Part shown: one piece after another, positions 62,939 through 64,000 of the stretch
Layout of the letters: each line of letters opens with the position of its first letter
Numbering within the stretch: the stretch's first letter is position 1
NCBI GenBank assembly: GCA_963752475.1
Contig: CAVVYR010000008.1
Location: forward strand, 320,001 to 384,000
DNA from: an uncultured Chloroflexia bacterium
GTDB taxonomy: Bacteria; Chloroflexota; Limnocylindria; Limnocylindrales; CSP1-4
DNA length: 64,000 nt
Reading direction: 5' to 3'
The notes under the pieces: model-generated
Database searches by the model: none
Seen by the model: the letters and a program-made list of their open reading frames with translations, nothing else
Told to the model about the DNA's origin: nothing
Program-made: the position numbers and the translations under genes

Positions 62939-64000
62939 TCAGTCATCGCGGGTCTCGACCTCCGGGCCCTGCGGCAGGGCCACACCCTCGGCATCCTCGT
63001 AGGTCATGGCCTCCAGCGCTTCATCGGTGCCCCGGAAGGTCACGATGAGGAGCAGGATGCCTGAAGCAACGACGATGGCCAGGAAGGCGTAGATGGGGCC
63101 GGCGCCGCCGGCCAGGACCAGGCTGAGCACGGCCAGCACGGCCGTGATGGCATAGATCAGCAGGACCACGCCCCTGTGGCTGAGGCCCAGGTCGAGGAGG
63201 CGGTGGTGGATGTGGCCGCGATCGGGGGTGAAGGGTGAGTGGCCGCTGAGCAGGCGCCGCAGGATGATGAAGAAGGTGTCGATGATGGGCACGCCCAGGA
63301 TGAGCAGCGCCACAGCCACCTTGGCCGAACCGAGGATGGCCAGCACGGCCAGCAGGTAGCCCATGACCATGACGCCGGTGGTGCCGATGAAGACCTTGGC
63401 CGGGTTGAAGTTCCAGGGCAGGTAGCCCAGAAGCGCTCCCGCGAAGACGGCACACAAGAGAGCCACGATGAGCTGGTAGGACGACTCGTAGCCGAGCGAG
63501 ACGAAGCCGAGGGTCAGGGCCGCGATGATGGCCACACCGGTCGAGAGTCCGTCGAGCCCATCGATGAAGTTGATGCTGTTGACCATGCCCACGATCCAGA
63601 GAGCGGTGATCAGGCTGGCCAGGACACCCTCGAACTCGAGCGTGTCGTCGGCGAAGACCCCGCCCAACCACTCGAGCGGGTTGTTGATCTCCAGGATCTG
63701 CAGCCCGAGCACGATGGCGAAGGCGGCGAGGACCACCTGGAACCCGAATTGCCAACGTGCACGGATCTGCCACTTGTCGTCGATGAACCCGAAGACCGCA
63801 GCCAGCGCGGCTCCACCGAAGACGGCCAGCAGGACCTGCTCTGTGGACGGCCCCTGGAAGCCGAACCAGCGCTCCGGCTGCCAACGCCAGCCGCTGCCGA
63901 AGAGCTCGGTCTGGGCCTGCAGCAGCAGCGCGATGCCACCGACCACGATGAAGGCGGTGACTACCGCCAGGCCCCCGGCGCGCGGGATGGGCCGGAGGTG
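62939..64000 (-). CDS. MraY/WecA/TagO family undecaprenyl-phosphate GlcNAc-1-phosphate transferase (5' end outside the window)
   Basis: IPRAGG at the window edge, GFIDD, NSINFIDGLDGL, WNFNPAKVFIG, PDRGHIHHRL. Confidence 0.9.
   Translation of the reverse strand, partial: HLRPIPRAGGLAVVTAFIVVGGIALLLQAQTELFGSGWRWQPERWFGFQGPSTEQVLLAVFGGAALAAVFGFIDDKWQIRARWQFGFQVVLAAFAIVLGLQILEINNPLEWLGGVFADDTLEFEGVLASLITALWIVGMVNSINFIDGLDGLSTGVAIIAALTLGFVSLGYESSYQLIVALLCAVFAGALLGYLPWNFNPAKVFIGTTGVMVMGYLLAVLAILGSAKVAVALLILGVPIIDTFFIILRRLLSGHSPFTPDRGHIHHRLLDLGLSHRGVVLLIYAITAVLAVLSLVLAGGAGPIYAFLAIVVASGILLLIVTFRGTDEALEAMTYEDAEGVALPQGPEVETRDD

Overview
A GC-rich chromosomal window (roughly 70% by eye), most likely from Chloroflexota and possibly class Limnocylindria. 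This is inferred from GAAC-N4-GTTC SOS boxes, an FMN-riboswitch RibXY-type transporter and overall gene content. In order it holds: the 5' part of a giant kinase-less PASTA-repeat membrane protein; a candidate sRNA; split FTCD genes; Fe3+ and riboflavin ABC transporters; an SOS/replication cluster (DUF6504-like gene, dinB, rplI, lexA, dnaB); an IS630 remnant fused to cobQ; and dodecin. Then come surface-glycan enzymes, a DegU/DegS-like pair, a Flp/Tad pilus locus with comF and hpf, mreB, murA, the complete atp operon and a WecA/TagO-like gene. The best candidate for an undescribed system is 27360-34658. It runs: MalT-like STAND/BTAD activator, structured leader, small hydrophobic peptide ending LVIAGSAGIRPI, multi-TM HD-GYP phosphodiesterase, DUF5317-MFS fusion. 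The DUF5317 part resembles signal peptidase II. I interpret this as an agr-like peptide signalling cassette wired to c-di-GMP, with a lower-GC 'specificity' segment. A nearby response regulator carrying a c-di-GMP-binding-like YTGPERR motif sits upstream of the Tad pilus. Several small frameshifts suggest long-read consensus errors. All family assignments come from motif recognition, not database searches.
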